Source of the DNA: Candidatus Eiseniibacteriota bacterium
GTDB lineage: Bacteria > ARS69
Assembly (NCBI GenBank): GCA_052390515.1
Contig: JBQTGV010000071.1
Location: 1-26,451 of the forward strand
Reading direction: 5' to 3'
Length of the DNA: 26,451 bases
The position numbers and the translations under genes were made by a program. This document shows positions 6,904-15,594 of this stretch, piece by piece (within the stretch, counting starts at the first letter, position 1; every line of letters starts with the position of its first letter). The notes below the pieces were generated by a model. It saw only the letters and a program-made list of their open reading frames with translations, did no database searches and had not been told where the DNA came from.

Positions 6904-7820
6904 GGGCGCGCGGCGCCGCCGTCCCGCGCGCCGCCATCCTTCGCGCCGCCGTTCCGGCCGCCGTCCCGCCGCGCCTCCAGCACGCGCCCGAGCTCGGCGA
7001 GCACCAGTGGAATGCGTTCGTCGCGCAGCAGCGGCGTCTGGATGCGCTCCCGGCGAACGAGGTCGAGATCGACGGCCGCCGTCGGCGCATCCTCCTCGTG
7101 GTACGCGCCCTTCGCGATCGCTTCGCCCGAGGGGTTCACGATGGCCGAGCCGCCCCAGAAGCCCACGCCGTCCTCGAACCCGGAACGGTTGGCGTACACG
7201 ATGAACACCGTCAGCGAAGACGCGTACGTCGCCAGCAGCCGCTCCCAGCCGACCGCATTTTTCGCCTTGCCCTCGTCGCCCACGCCGCGCATGGGACTGC
7301 AGGCCAGCGTCAGCACCGCGAGCGCTCCGTCCAGCGCGGCGATGTACGGGAGCGTCAGGTGCCACGCGTCCTCGCAGACCAGCAGCGCGAGCCGCCCGAA
7401 GCGCGTCGGGAACGCGCGCACGCTGTCGCCGGCGGCGAAGTAACGGCCCTCCTCGAACAGGCCGTACGTCGGCAGGTAGATCTTGCGGTGCACGTGCACG
7501 ATCTCGCCGCCCTCGAGGTACGCGCCGGAGTTGAAGAAGAGGTGCTCCGGCGTCTCCTCCACGAAGCCGAACGCCAGCGACGTCTTCTTCGACGCCGCCT
7601 TGAGCGCCTTCATTTCCTGGGAGTCGAGGCCGACGGCGCACTCGCTGGTGAGATCTTTCAGGCCGTACCCGGTGAGCGCCAGCTCCGGGAAGGCCAGCAG
7701 ATCGACGCCGTCCTTCTCCGCCGTCTTCGCCAGGTGCAGCATGCGCTCGAGGTTCGCGGGGACGTCCCCGAGCTTGGGGGCGAACTGCGCGATGCGGACG
7801 AGCGGCCGGCCGGGGTTCAC
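6900..7820 (-). CDS. Carbon-nitrogen hydrolase (nitrilase superfamily), likely glutaminase partner of NadE
   Basis: Glu-Lys-Cys triad in FPELALTGY, HRKIYLPTYGLFEEGRYF and LVCEDAWH; also FWGGS. Confidence 0.9.
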   Translation of the reverse strand: MNPGRPLVRIAQFAPKLGDVPANLERMLHLAKTAEKDGVDLLAFPELALTGYGLKDLTSECAVGLDSQEMKALKAASKKTSLAFGFVEETPEHLFFNSGAYLEGGEIVHVHRKIYLPTYGLFEEGRYFAAGDSVRAFPTRFGRLALLVCEDAWHLTLPYIAALDGALAVLTLACSPMRGVGDEGKAKNAVGWERLLATYASSLTVFIVYANRSGFEDGVGFWGGSAIVNPSGEAIAKGAYHEEDAPTAAVDLDLVRRERIQTPLLRDERIPLVLAELGRVLEARRDGGRNGGAKDGGARDGGAARP

Positions 7821-9271
7821 TTCGCCGTCCCGTGCGCCAGCAGCTCTTCCGCGCCGCGCGGCTCCCCGTCGACGGCAAGGACCGGCTCGGGATTGCCCCG
7901 GCTGAAGGGACGCGCCGCCGCCAGTGAACCCAGAAGGTGATCATCCACGTCGGCCGCCCACACCTTCGCCTCCGGCTCCCGCGGCGGCTCGGGTGCCGCG
8001 GGCACGTCGAGCGCCGCGGCCAACCGCCGCTCGATCTCGGCGAACTTTGCCGCAGCAGCCGAGAATCCCGCCGCGCGGCGATGCCCGCCCCAGCTCTCGA
8101 ACAGCTCGCGCATTCCGCCGAGCACCTCGACCAGGTGGACGCCGTCAGGAGCGCGTAGCTCGCCGATCACCGCGCCGTTCTGCTGCACGAGCGCCGCCGC
8201 CGGACGCTGCGTGTCGGCCGAGAGCGCGGTGGCGACGGCACCGAGCGCCCGCCCCGCTGCGGCCTCGATCCGCAGCACCGCGGGTGCTCCCGCGTACACT
8301 CCGGCCTGCCGCGCCGCCGCCCGCGCGCTCCGAACCGCCTCATCCAGCTCCCGGCGCGTGCGCGCCTCCGCCTCGGCCAGCGCCGCCACGTCCTCCCGCC
8401 AGGCGTCCCGGCCGAGCAGCGCGGAGAGCCCGCGGGATTCGCCGCGGACCGAAGGGATGGCAGCGAACACGGCCGCGAGACGCCGCGCCTCGATCTCCGC
8501 GAACGGGTCGGCCACCGCCGCGCGCCGCGCGGCCTCCGCCACCGCCGGACGGCGGCCCACCGCGCATGCCGCGAGGCCCTGCACGACGAGCGGCCGGTTG
8601 CTCCGCGAAACGTCGCCATGGTCGGCGATGGTCCCCAGCGCCACGAGATCCAGCAGCTTCTCCGCGTCCGCACGCGGCCGCTTCGCCCGAGCGAACAGCT
8701 CCTTCGCCAGGAGCCACGCGACGCCTGCTCCGGTGAGATCGCCGAGGCGCTTCGCCGCCGCCGGATCCGCCATCGGATTCACGAGTCCGGGCACGGCCGC
8801 GCGCCCCTCGGCGATCACGTGGTGATCCGTCACGACGACATCCATCCCGAGCGACCGCGCGAGCCCCGCCTCCGCGGCGTTCGTCGAGCAGCCGTCGGTC
8901 GTCACCAGGAGCTTCGTCCCCGCCGACGCGAAGCTGCGAACGAGATCGTCGTACAGCCCATGTCCCTCGACGTTGCGGTCCGGGATGTACGGGCGCGGCG
9001 CAGCACCCAGCGCCTCCAGCGTCTCGACCATCACCGCGCACGACGTGATTCCGTCGGGGTCGTCGTGGCCGAAGACAGTGATGCGCTCGCCGCCGCGGAC
9101 CGCCGCCGCGATGCGATCCGCCGCCCGCGCCAACCCGGGAAGCGTCGACGGCGGACCGACGTCGTCCGGGTCGGCGCGGAAGAAGCGTGCGGCAGCCTCC
9201 ACCGAGCCGAGCCGCGCCAGCCAGATGCGCAGCACCACGGGATGCACTTCGCCCTGCACGCCGCCCGTCAC
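7817..9271 (-). CDS. Divergent RecJ-like DHH/DHHA1 phosphoesterase
   Basis: ITVFGHDDPDGITS, YIPDRNVEGHGL, LLVTTDG, VVVTDHH, LVNP, LLDLVALGTIAD, GGHRRAAGFS, PFSRGNPEP. Ends before the usual RecJ C-terminal region. Confidence 0.8.
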   Translation of the reverse strand: MTGGVQGEVHPVVLRIWLARLGSVEAAARFFRADPDDVGPPSTLPGLARAADRIAAAVRGGERITVFGHDDPDGITSCAVMVETLEALGAAPRPYIPDRNVEGHGLYDDLVRSFASAGTKLLVTTDGCSTNAAEAGLARSLGMDVVVTDHHVIAEGRAAVPGLVNPMADPAAAKRLGDLTGAGVAWLLAKELFARAKRPRADAEKLLDLVALGTIADHGDVSRSNRPLVVQGLAACAVGRRPAVAEAARRAAVADPFAEIEARRLAAVFAAIPSVRGESRGLSALLGRDAWREDVAALAEAEARTRRELDEAVRSARAAARQAGVYAGAPAVLRIEAAAGRALGAVATALSADTQRPAAALVQQNGAVIGELRAPDGVHLVEVLGGMRELFESWGGHRRAAGFSAAAAKFAEIERRLAAALDVPAAPEPPREPEAKVWAADVDDHLLGSLAAARPFSRGNPEPVLAVDGEPRGAEELLAHGTAK

Positions 9272-10180
9272 TCAGCCTCCGACCGGAACCCGCGCCTTCC
9301 CGGCGCGCACGTTCCGTTCCAGGAACTCGACGATCTTCCCGGCCACGTCCACTCCGCTGGCGCGCTCGATGCCGCGCAGTCCCGGTGAGGAGTTCACTTC
9401 CATGAGCAGCGGCCCGCGTTTGGAGCGAAGGATGTCCACGCCCGCGACGCGCAGCCCGGTGCGGCGTGCCGCCCGTTCCGCGGTGACGCGCTCTTCCGGC
9501 GTCAACTCGACGACGGTTGCGGTACCGCCGCGGTGCAGGTTGGAGCGGAACTCGCCGTCCGCGCCCTGGCGCAGCATCGACGCGACCACGGCGCCGTCGA
9601 CGACGAGGCAGCGGATGTCCGCCCCGCCCGCCTCGGAGATGAACTCCTGCACGAGGATGTTGGCGTCCAGTTGGCGAAACGCCTCGATCACCGCGCGCGC
9701 GGCCTGATCCGTCTCGCCGAGGATGACGCCGATGCCTTGCGTGCCCTCCACCAGCTTGATCACCAGCGGCGCCCCGCCCACCATGTTGATCAACCCCTCG
9801 ATGTCCTTCGCCGAATGGGCGAAGCCCGTGACCGGCAGTCCGATCCCCTCTTGCTGGGAGAGAGCCTGCAGGCAGCGCAGCTTGTCGCGGGTGAGGGAGA
9901 TGGCCTGCGCCTCGTTCGCGGGAAAGACGCCCATCATCTCGAACTGCCGGACGACGGCCGTCCCGTAGAACGTGTACGTCGCGGCTATGCGCGGGATCAC
10001 CGCGTCGACACCTTCGAGCGCCTTACCCTGGTACATGATGTGCGGGTTGCGCGCGGTGATGTTCATCGTGCAGCGCAGGTAGTCCACGACGCGAACGGAG
10101 TGGCCGCGCAGCTCCGCAGCCTCGCGCAGGCGTGCCGTGGAGTACAGCGCTGGCTTCCGTGAAAGGATGGCGATGTTCAT
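9272..10180 (-). CDS. rimK: RimK family ATP-grasp alpha-L-glutamate ligase
   Basis: [82 protein letters not shown]. Confidence 0.95.
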   Translation of the reverse strand: MNIAILSRKPALYSTARLREAAELRGHSVRVVDYLRCTMNITARNPHIMYQGKALEGVDAVIPRIAATYTFYGTAVVRQFEMMGVFPANEAQAISLTRDKLRCLQALSQQEGIGLPVTGFAHSAKDIEGLINMVGGAPLVIKLVEGTQGIGVILGETDQAARAVIEAFRQLDANILVQEFISEAGGADIRCLVVDGAVVASMLRQGADGEFRSNLHRGGTATVVELTPEERVTAERAARRTGLRVAGVDILRSKRGPLLMEVNSSPGLRGIERASGVDVAGKIVEFLERNVRAGKARVPVGG

Positions 10181-10248
10181 CGGTGGCGCTCGCCGGCGCG
10201 GATGTCGACGCTCATCGGTGGCTTTTCGCCGGCGCTCGTGACGCTCAT
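10177..10248 (-). CDS. 23-aa bridging mini-ORF made of an imperfect tandem duplication
   Basis: [27 protein letters not shown] overlaps with both the protease stop and the rimK start. Confidence 0.35.
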   Translation of the reverse strand: MSVTSAGEKPPMSVDIRAGERHR

Positions 10249-10727
10249 CGCCGGCCCCGGCCGCCGTAGAAGCTTCGCCCCGGATCGACGAGAAGCCGGC
10301 CGCGGACGGCCTGCCGCCCCAGCAGCATGCGGAACCCCATCGTGTCCCGATTGGCCAGTGTCAGCTCCACGTCCCACCGGCGGCCGTAGAACTCCACCGG
10401 CGTCACGATCACCGGGCGAAGCGTCTCGTGCCCGCTCGAGCTCTTCACCGTGCGCATGTCGTGCAGCTCGGCCTCGGCGACGACGCGCGGCCGCGTGGCT
10501 CGCTGCAGGGGATGAACCTCGAAGCGCACCATTCGCCTTCCTCTCCGGGTGAACAGCTCGACATCGTAGGCATGGAGCGAAGACGACCGAGCGCCGGTGT
10601 CCACCTTCGCCTTGATCCGGGCTACCCCGAGATCCGGGAGCGAGATCCACTCGCGCCAGCCGATCACGGGCAGCTGGCGCCGCGGACTTCGCCGCTCGAG
10701 GCCTCCTCCTCCTCCTCCGGCATTCAC
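10245..10727 (-). CDS. RimK-associated putative protease (retropepsin-like, 'ATP-dependent zinc protease' family); start uncertain
   Basis: [66 protein letters not shown]. Sits in its usual position upstream of rimK. Confidence 0.88.
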   Translation of the reverse strand: MNAGGGGGGLERRSPRRQLPVIGWREWISLPDLGVARIKAKVDTGARSSSLHAYDVELFTRRGRRMVRFEVHPLQRATRPRVVAEAELHDMRTVKSSSGHETLRPVIVTPVEFYGRRWDVELTLANRDTMGFRMLLGRQAVRGRLLVDPGRSFYGGRGRR

Positions 10728-10787
10728 GGGGGGAGTAGGCCACAGGGCGGGCGGATCCCGCAACCGGGAGCTGCCGCGTCGGCCCGG

Positions 10788-12146
10788 TCACGCCACCCAG
10801 ACGGTCTTCGCGTTCACGAACTCCCGGATCCCCTCGCGTGACAGCTCCCGCCCGTAGCCCGACCGCTTCACGCCCCCGAACGGGACGCGAGGATCGGACT
10901 TCGGGAAGTCGTTCACGAAGACGGTGCCCGCATCGATCCGCGGTACGAGGCGAAGGGCGCGCTCCGGATCCGCGGTCCAGATGCTCGCCGCCAGGCCGTA
11001 CGGCGTGGCGTTGGCCAGCCGCACCGCGTCCTCGTCGTCCCGCGCGGCGAGCACGGCCGCCACCGGCCCGAAGGTCTCCTCGTCCGCGGCAGGCATTCCC
11101 GGTGCGACGTCCGCCAGGACGGTCGGCGCATAGAAGAAGCCGGGCCCGGGAAGAGGCGCGCCGCCGCACAACACCTTCGCCCCCTTCGTCACGCTCTCCT
11201 GCACCTGCCGGTCCAGGTTCTCCCGCAGGTCGGCGCGCGCCATCGGCCCGATCTCCGTGTCCGGATCGGCGGGGTCCCCGATGCGCAGCGCGCGCATCCG
11301 CTCGGCGAGTCCTTCCGCGAAACGCCCCGCAAGCGACACGTGCACCACGAAGCGCTTCGCGGCGATGCAGCTCTGCCCGCTGTTCAACGTCCGCGACGCC
11401 GCCGCTGCGGGCAGCGCGCGCTCCAGATCCGCGTCCTCCAGCACGACGAACGGATCCGAGCCGCCGAGTTCCAGCACGAGCGTCTTGATGCCGCGCCCGG
11501 CGAGCTCCGCGACGCGGCTGCCGCCACGATCGCTGCCGGTGAAGGAGACGCCGCGCACGCGGGGATCCGTGATCACCGCGGCGGCCTGCTCCTCCGAGAT
11601 GATCAGCGCCTGGAACGCGCCCGCCGGAAAGCCGGCGCCGCGGAACAGCTCCTCCATGGCCAGCGCGCAGCCGGCGACGTTCGGCGCGTGCTTCAGCAGC
11701 GCGACGTTCCCCGCGGCGAGACACGGCGCGGCGAAGCGGATCACCTGCCAGAACGGGAAGTTCCACGGCATGACGGCGAGGACGGGGCCGAGCGGATCGA
11801 AGCGCACGAAGCTCTGCCGCACCCCGGCATCCCGCGGCTCGGGAGCCAGGAACTCCTCGGCCTTGTCCGCGTAGAACTCGCAAACCCACGCGCACTTCTC
11901 CACCTCGGCCTCGGCCTGCCGCACGGGCTTTCCCATCTCGAGAGTCATGAGGCGCGCGAGTTCCGGCTTGCGCGCACGCAGGCGGGACGCGGCGCTGCGC
12001 AGCAGTCGGCCGCGCTCGGCGAACGCCGTCGTCCGCCACGCCGCGAACGCGCGCGCGGCCGCGGCCAGGCGCGCCTCGAGGGCTCCTGCGCCGATCTCCG
12101 CGTACTCGAGGATCAAGGAGCCGGTCGCGGGGTTTACCGTTCGCAT
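10788..12146 (-). CDS. NAD(P)-dependent succinate-semialdehyde dehydrogenase (Sad/GabD1-like aldehyde dehydrogenase)
   Basis: MRTVNPATG, EMGKP, AVMPWNFPFWQVIR, SFTGS, LELGGSDPF, NSGQSCIAAKRF, EETFGPV, PFGGVKRSGYGRELS. GGAGGAGG SD before the ATG at 12146. Confidence 0.92.
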   Translation of the reverse strand: MRTVNPATGSLILEYAEIGAGALEARLAAAARAFAAWRTTAFAERGRLLRSAASRLRARKPELARLMTLEMGKPVRQAEAEVEKCAWVCEFYADKAEEFLAPEPRDAGVRQSFVRFDPLGPVLAVMPWNFPFWQVIRFAAPCLAAGNVALLKHAPNVAGCALAMEELFRGAGFPAGAFQALIISEEQAAAVITDPRVRGVSFTGSDRGGSRVAELAGRGIKTLVLELGGSDPFVVLEDADLERALPAAAASRTLNSGQSCIAAKRFVVHVSLAGRFAEGLAERMRALRIGDPADPDTEIGPMARADLRENLDRQVQESVTKGAKVLCGGAPLPGPGFFYAPTVLADVAPGMPAADEETFGPVAAVLAARDDEDAVRLANATPYGLAASIWTADPERALRLVPRIDAGTVFVNDFPKSDPRVPFGGVKRSGYGRELSREGIREFVNAKTVWVA

Positions 12147-12249
12147 CGCCTGCCTCCTCCGGGCGCACCAATGTACCCGGATTTCTCGCGAGGCAAGTCG
12201 TTGAGCTTGCGGTAGGATCGGCCCAAGTCCCCCCGAGAAAGGCTGTTCG

Positions 12250-12750
12250 ATGAGTCTGCGATCGCTGAATCGGGCCCCCTCTTTTGCCTTCTTCCTGCTG
12301 TCCGCTGCCATCGTCCTGGTGTCCGTAGGGACCGCCTCGGCGGAGTTCCGGGGCGTCGGCCCGCGTTTCGGCGTGGGCTCCGACCCGGACCAGTTCCTCA
12401 TGGGACTGCATTTCGACGCCGGCCGCTTCGCCCCGAACGTGCGCTTCCAGCCCGACGTCGAGATCGGCGTCGGAGACGACCTGACGGTGGTCTCCTTCAC
12501 GATTCCGGCGCACTACCTGTTCCCGGTCAGCGGCGACGTGCGGCCGTTCATGGGGGGCGGGCTCGGCATCGGGGTGCAGGACCGGGACTACCGCGGTGAC
12601 GGCGACGACACCGACGTGGAGATGGGACTGGTGATCGCCGGCGGGGCTCAGTGGCAGATGTCCGGCAACGACCTGTTCTTCCTGGAGCTGGACCTCATCG
12701 CCGGGGATCTGCACGACTTCGAGTTCGTGGCCGGATTCACGTTCCGGTAG
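12250..12750 (+). CDS. Outer-membrane beta-barrel protein (small, OmpA/OmpW-like fold probable)
   Basis: Sec signal peptide ending ASA, alternating amphipathic strands, VRPFMGGGLG motif, C-terminal FVAGFTFR. Confidence 0.7.
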   Translation: MSLRSLNRAPSFAFFLLSAAIVLVSVGTASAEFRGVGPRFGVGSDPDQFLMGLHFDAGRFAPNVRFQPDVEIGVGDDLTVVSFTIPAHYLFPVSGDVRPFMGGGLGIGVQDRDYRGDGDDTDVEMGLVIAGGAQWQMSGNDLFFLELDLIAGDLHDFEFVAGFTFR

Positions 12751-13471
12751 AAGACGGCGCGGCACAGGGTGGCACCATGCCGCACTCGTACGGGGTACCG
12801 GAGTCCGCGAGGCAGGGTGTCGGGTGGCTCGGTACAGCTCGCGGGAGCGAGTGGCGCTCGATCAGGGTCTCGAGGGTCTCGCCGAGAAGACCCGCGACGC
12901 CGCGATAGACGGGGAGCGTCGTCGTTTCCGCGAGGTGCTCGCAGAACGCCGGCAGCCACTCGTCGAGGTGGTCCCGCACGAACGCCGCCAGGCCGCCGCT
13001 GGTCACGAGCTCCGCTTCTCGGTCCCCAGCCTCGCGGGCGCGGGCCAGCATGACGAGCAGCATCGCCGTGTACTCCAGCTCGGTGACGGCGTGATCCGCC
13101 TTCTCACCGACGTCGGGCGAAAGCTCGAAGCCGAACGCCCGGTAGAAACCGCACACGTCCGCGAGGACGGCTCCCTTGTCGCGCCGCACGAACGCGGTCT
13201 CGTTCGGAGGGCACGCCGTGCTGCCTTCGAAGAGCCGGCTGTGCTCGTCCGACCAGAGCTCCGGCCCGGTGGACCGCGCGGCGGCGACCGTCTCCTCGAG
13301 TGCGCGCATCGCCTCCGGGCGGTCGACCAGCCGCGAGCGCGTTGCGAGCTCTCTCACGTCCCCGGCCGCCACCGTCGCAAAGGCATCGGGCGACGTGGCT
13401 CGCAGCAGCCGCGCGGCGAGGAGCAGCAGATCGGCCTGCGCGAGAGCTTCGAGCGGCTCCGTCCGCGTCAC
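12737..13471 (-). CDS. TorD/DmsD/NarJ-family molybdoenzyme maturation chaperone (delta subunit)
   Basis: EHSRLF..CPPNETAF..LADVCGFYRAFG..EKADHAVTELEY..FVRDHLDEW. The GTG at 13471 overlaps the gamma subunit stop. Confidence 0.88.
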   Translation of the reverse strand: MTRTEPLEALAQADLLLLAARLLRATSPDAFATVAAGDVRELATRSRLVDRPEAMRALEETVAAARSTGPELWSDEHSRLFEGSTACPPNETAFVRRDKGAVLADVCGFYRAFGFELSPDVGEKADHAVTELEYTAMLLVMLARAREAGDREAELVTSGGLAAFVRDHLDEWLPAFCEHLAETTTLPVYRGVAGLLGETLETLIERHSLPRAVPSHPTPCLADSGTPYECGMVPPCAAPSSTGT

Positions 13472-14436
13472 GCGATCACTCCTCCCGCCGCGACCAGGAA
13501 CTCGAACCACATCGACCAGTGCTTCCGGCCGCCGACGTTCCCGGCCGAGCCTTCCCACACGGCGACGGAGAAGTTGCCGCGAGCGCCCGCCGAGAACTGG
13601 TAGTCGAGCGGATCCGGGGTGTGCAGCGGGCGGGCGAAGATGACCGCCCAGCGGCCGTCCCGCCACTCGCCGGCTCCGCTGGCCACGGCGTCTGTCTGGT
13701 GCGTGAGGGATCCGTATCCTTCGGCGAGCAGCTCTTCCACCGGCTGAACGCGGTGGAAGTCAGCCACCGGATTCCCCGCGCGGTACGCCGGGAACCACGC
13801 GTGGGAGAGCGTGTCCGCGAACGCGCCGGGCACCGGGTACGGGAACTCCCCGCTCGCGAACCAGTAGAGGTCCGCCCAGTAGTTGGGATGCACGTCCTGC
13901 ACGTCCTGGAAGTGCTCGTCGGCGTCCTTCTGCCAGATCCCCTTCCAATGCAGGATCTGCACGCGCTTGCCCACTTCGCCCATCATGTACGAGGCGTCCT
14001 GTTCCAGCGGGAACTGGATCGCCACCGCGTCCGCGAAGCGCCCGCTGTCCACGTTCTCGTCCGGCACGGAGTCCGCCCAGCTCAGCCTCCAGAGGATCAC
14101 GCGACCGTCGGTCAGTGCCTGCACGTCGACGTGCTCGATCGACGCCTGCTCGAGCATGGGCATGGTCACGCCCTGCGGCGTCACCGCCACCGCCGTGGAC
14201 AACACGGAGTCCCACTCCGGCGCGAAGGGATCCGGTCCGGGAAGGACGCCGTGCTGCACGTAGAGCACGCCTTCCGCGGCGAACTTCTCCGCGTTGCGAG
14301 CCTGCCGTTCGGTCTGCTTCACCTCGAGCGCCGACACGAAGGAGCGCTCGGCGATCACGCAGGACGCCGCCACGACGACGACGCCGGAAATCATCACGGT
14401 GAAGAACTGCGCCAGCGCGTGGTCCTTCGCTCCCAT
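13468..14436 (-). CDS. EbdC/NxrC-like heme b-binding (DOMON-like) gamma subunit
   Basis: N-terminal hydrophobic segment; W-x-D..FADAVAIQFP..YMMG..VQILHWK..EELLAEGYGSLT..WAVIFARPL..AVWEGS...GRK. Candidate Met/Lys heme ligands as in ethylbenzene dehydrogenase gamma. Confidence 0.85.
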   Translation of the reverse strand: MGAKDHALAQFFTVMISGVVVVAASCVIAERSFVSALEVKQTERQARNAEKFAAEGVLYVQHGVLPGPDPFAPEWDSVLSTAVAVTPQGVTMPMLEQASIEHVDVQALTDGRVILWRLSWADSVPDENVDSGRFADAVAIQFPLEQDASYMMGEVGKRVQILHWKGIWQKDADEHFQDVQDVHPNYWADLYWFASGEFPYPVPGAFADTLSHAWFPAYRAGNPVADFHRVQPVEELLAEGYGSLTHQTDAVASGAGEWRDGRWAVIFARPLHTPDPLDYQFSAGARGNFSVAVWEGSAGNVGGRKHWSMWFEFLVAAGGVIA

Positions 14437-14451
14437 GCCTCGCCTCCGCCC

Positions 14452-15579
14452 TCACGTCGTGTTGTGACGATACGCTCCGAACTTCTCGTCCCAGTGTTCG
14501 CGGACGTAGGGCCGCTCGGTGAACGGAACCCGCGCGACCTCCTGGCCGTCCACGTCCCAGCCGACCGCCTCGTCGCCCTGGATCTCGAAGCGAGTGATGA
14601 TCCGGTTCGTCGAGCCGAAGAGCAGCAACGCGCCCAGCAGCTGGGGATCGTCCTTCAGCTGCCGGTACATCGTCTTGGAGCGCTCCACGCCCGGTCCGAA
14701 CAGCTGCGTCAGGAAGCCGGTCGGAACGTGGACCGGCGGAATGTAGTAGACGTTGGGTCCCGTGCCGGCCTGCGGCAGCAGCGGCAGCGCGAGCTTCCGG
14801 ATCTTCACGATGTAGTCGAGAGGGTTGTCCTCCCGCGGCTCGCCGCGGGAGGTCAGGAAGCCGTGCATGCGGATCTTCCCGATGCAGGACTCGACGCACA
14901 ACGCCACCAGTCCCATCTCCACCCGCGGGAAGCACCCGATGCACTTCTCGCTCGCGCGGCTGACCAGGTTGAAGAACACCTTCTTGTACGGGCAGGCGCG
15001 TACGCACTCCTGGTAGCCGCGACACCGTTCCTGGTCAACGAGGACGATCCCGTCTTCCACACGCTTGTAGATCGCCTTCCGCGGGCACGAGGCGAGGCAG
15101 GCCGGGTTGTCGCAGTGGTTGCAGATGCGGGCGAGATAGAACATCCACATCGGGTGCACGCCGACGAAGTGTTCGCCGAGGTCCACCTGCCCGGCGATGT
15201 CGTCTTCGCCGAGGTTCGGTGCCGCGTAGTCCTCGACGACCGGACGATGGCCGCGCGGCGGATGCTTCTCGCCGTCCAGCTCGAACACCGTCGGCGAGTT
15301 CAGCTTGCCGTTCGCCCACTTCGCCGCCGGCGTCATCTCCATGAGCTTCACGTCCCAGGCCATGGGATAGCCGCCGAAGGGCTTCGTCTCCACGTTGTTC
15401 CAGAAGATCGTTTCCTGACCCTTGCCGCTCGTCCAGCACGTCTTGCAGGCCACCGTGCACGTCTGGCACTCGATGCACTTGTTGGTGTCGAAGACGTACG
15501 CGACCTGGCGCTCGGGGGGCGGCGCCTCGAACGGGTACTCCATCTCGCGGCCGAGCTGCCAGTTGAACCGCTTGGGCAC
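14452..15579 (-). CDS. nxrB: Fe-S beta subunit, periplasmic NxrB/NarH-type
   Basis: NWQLGREMEYP..WNNVETKPFGGYP; Cys groups CIECQTCTVAC, CNHCDNPACLASCP, CRGYQECVRACP and CIGC-x11-CVESC; GTGPNVYYIPP. The reaction direction (NXR vs NAR) is unknown. Confidence 0.85.
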   Translation of the reverse strand: MPKRFNWQLGREMEYPFEAPPPERQVAYVFDTNKCIECQTCTVACKTCWTSGKGQETIFWNNVETKPFGGYPMAWDVKLMEMTPAAKWANGKLNSPTVFELDGEKHPPRGHRPVVEDYAAPNLGEDDIAGQVDLGEHFVGVHPMWMFYLARICNHCDNPACLASCPRKAIYKRVEDGIVLVDQERCRGYQECVRACPYKKVFFNLVSRASEKCIGCFPRVEMGLVALCVESCIGKIRMHGFLTSRGEPREDNPLDYIVKIRKLALPLLPQAGTGPNVYYIPPVHVPTGFLTQLFGPGVERSKTMYRQLKDDPQLLGALLLFGSTNRIITRFEIQGDEAVGWDVDGQEVARVPFTERPYVREHWDEKFGAYRHNTT

Positions 15580-15594
15580 GACGGCGCCTCCCCG

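Noticed and set aside
6912-6975. Imperfect 12-15 bp repeats at the nitrilase 3' end as a CRISPR or mobile repeat
   Set aside because: They are short, in-frame, degenerate repeats with no spacers, so only a low-complexity coding tail.
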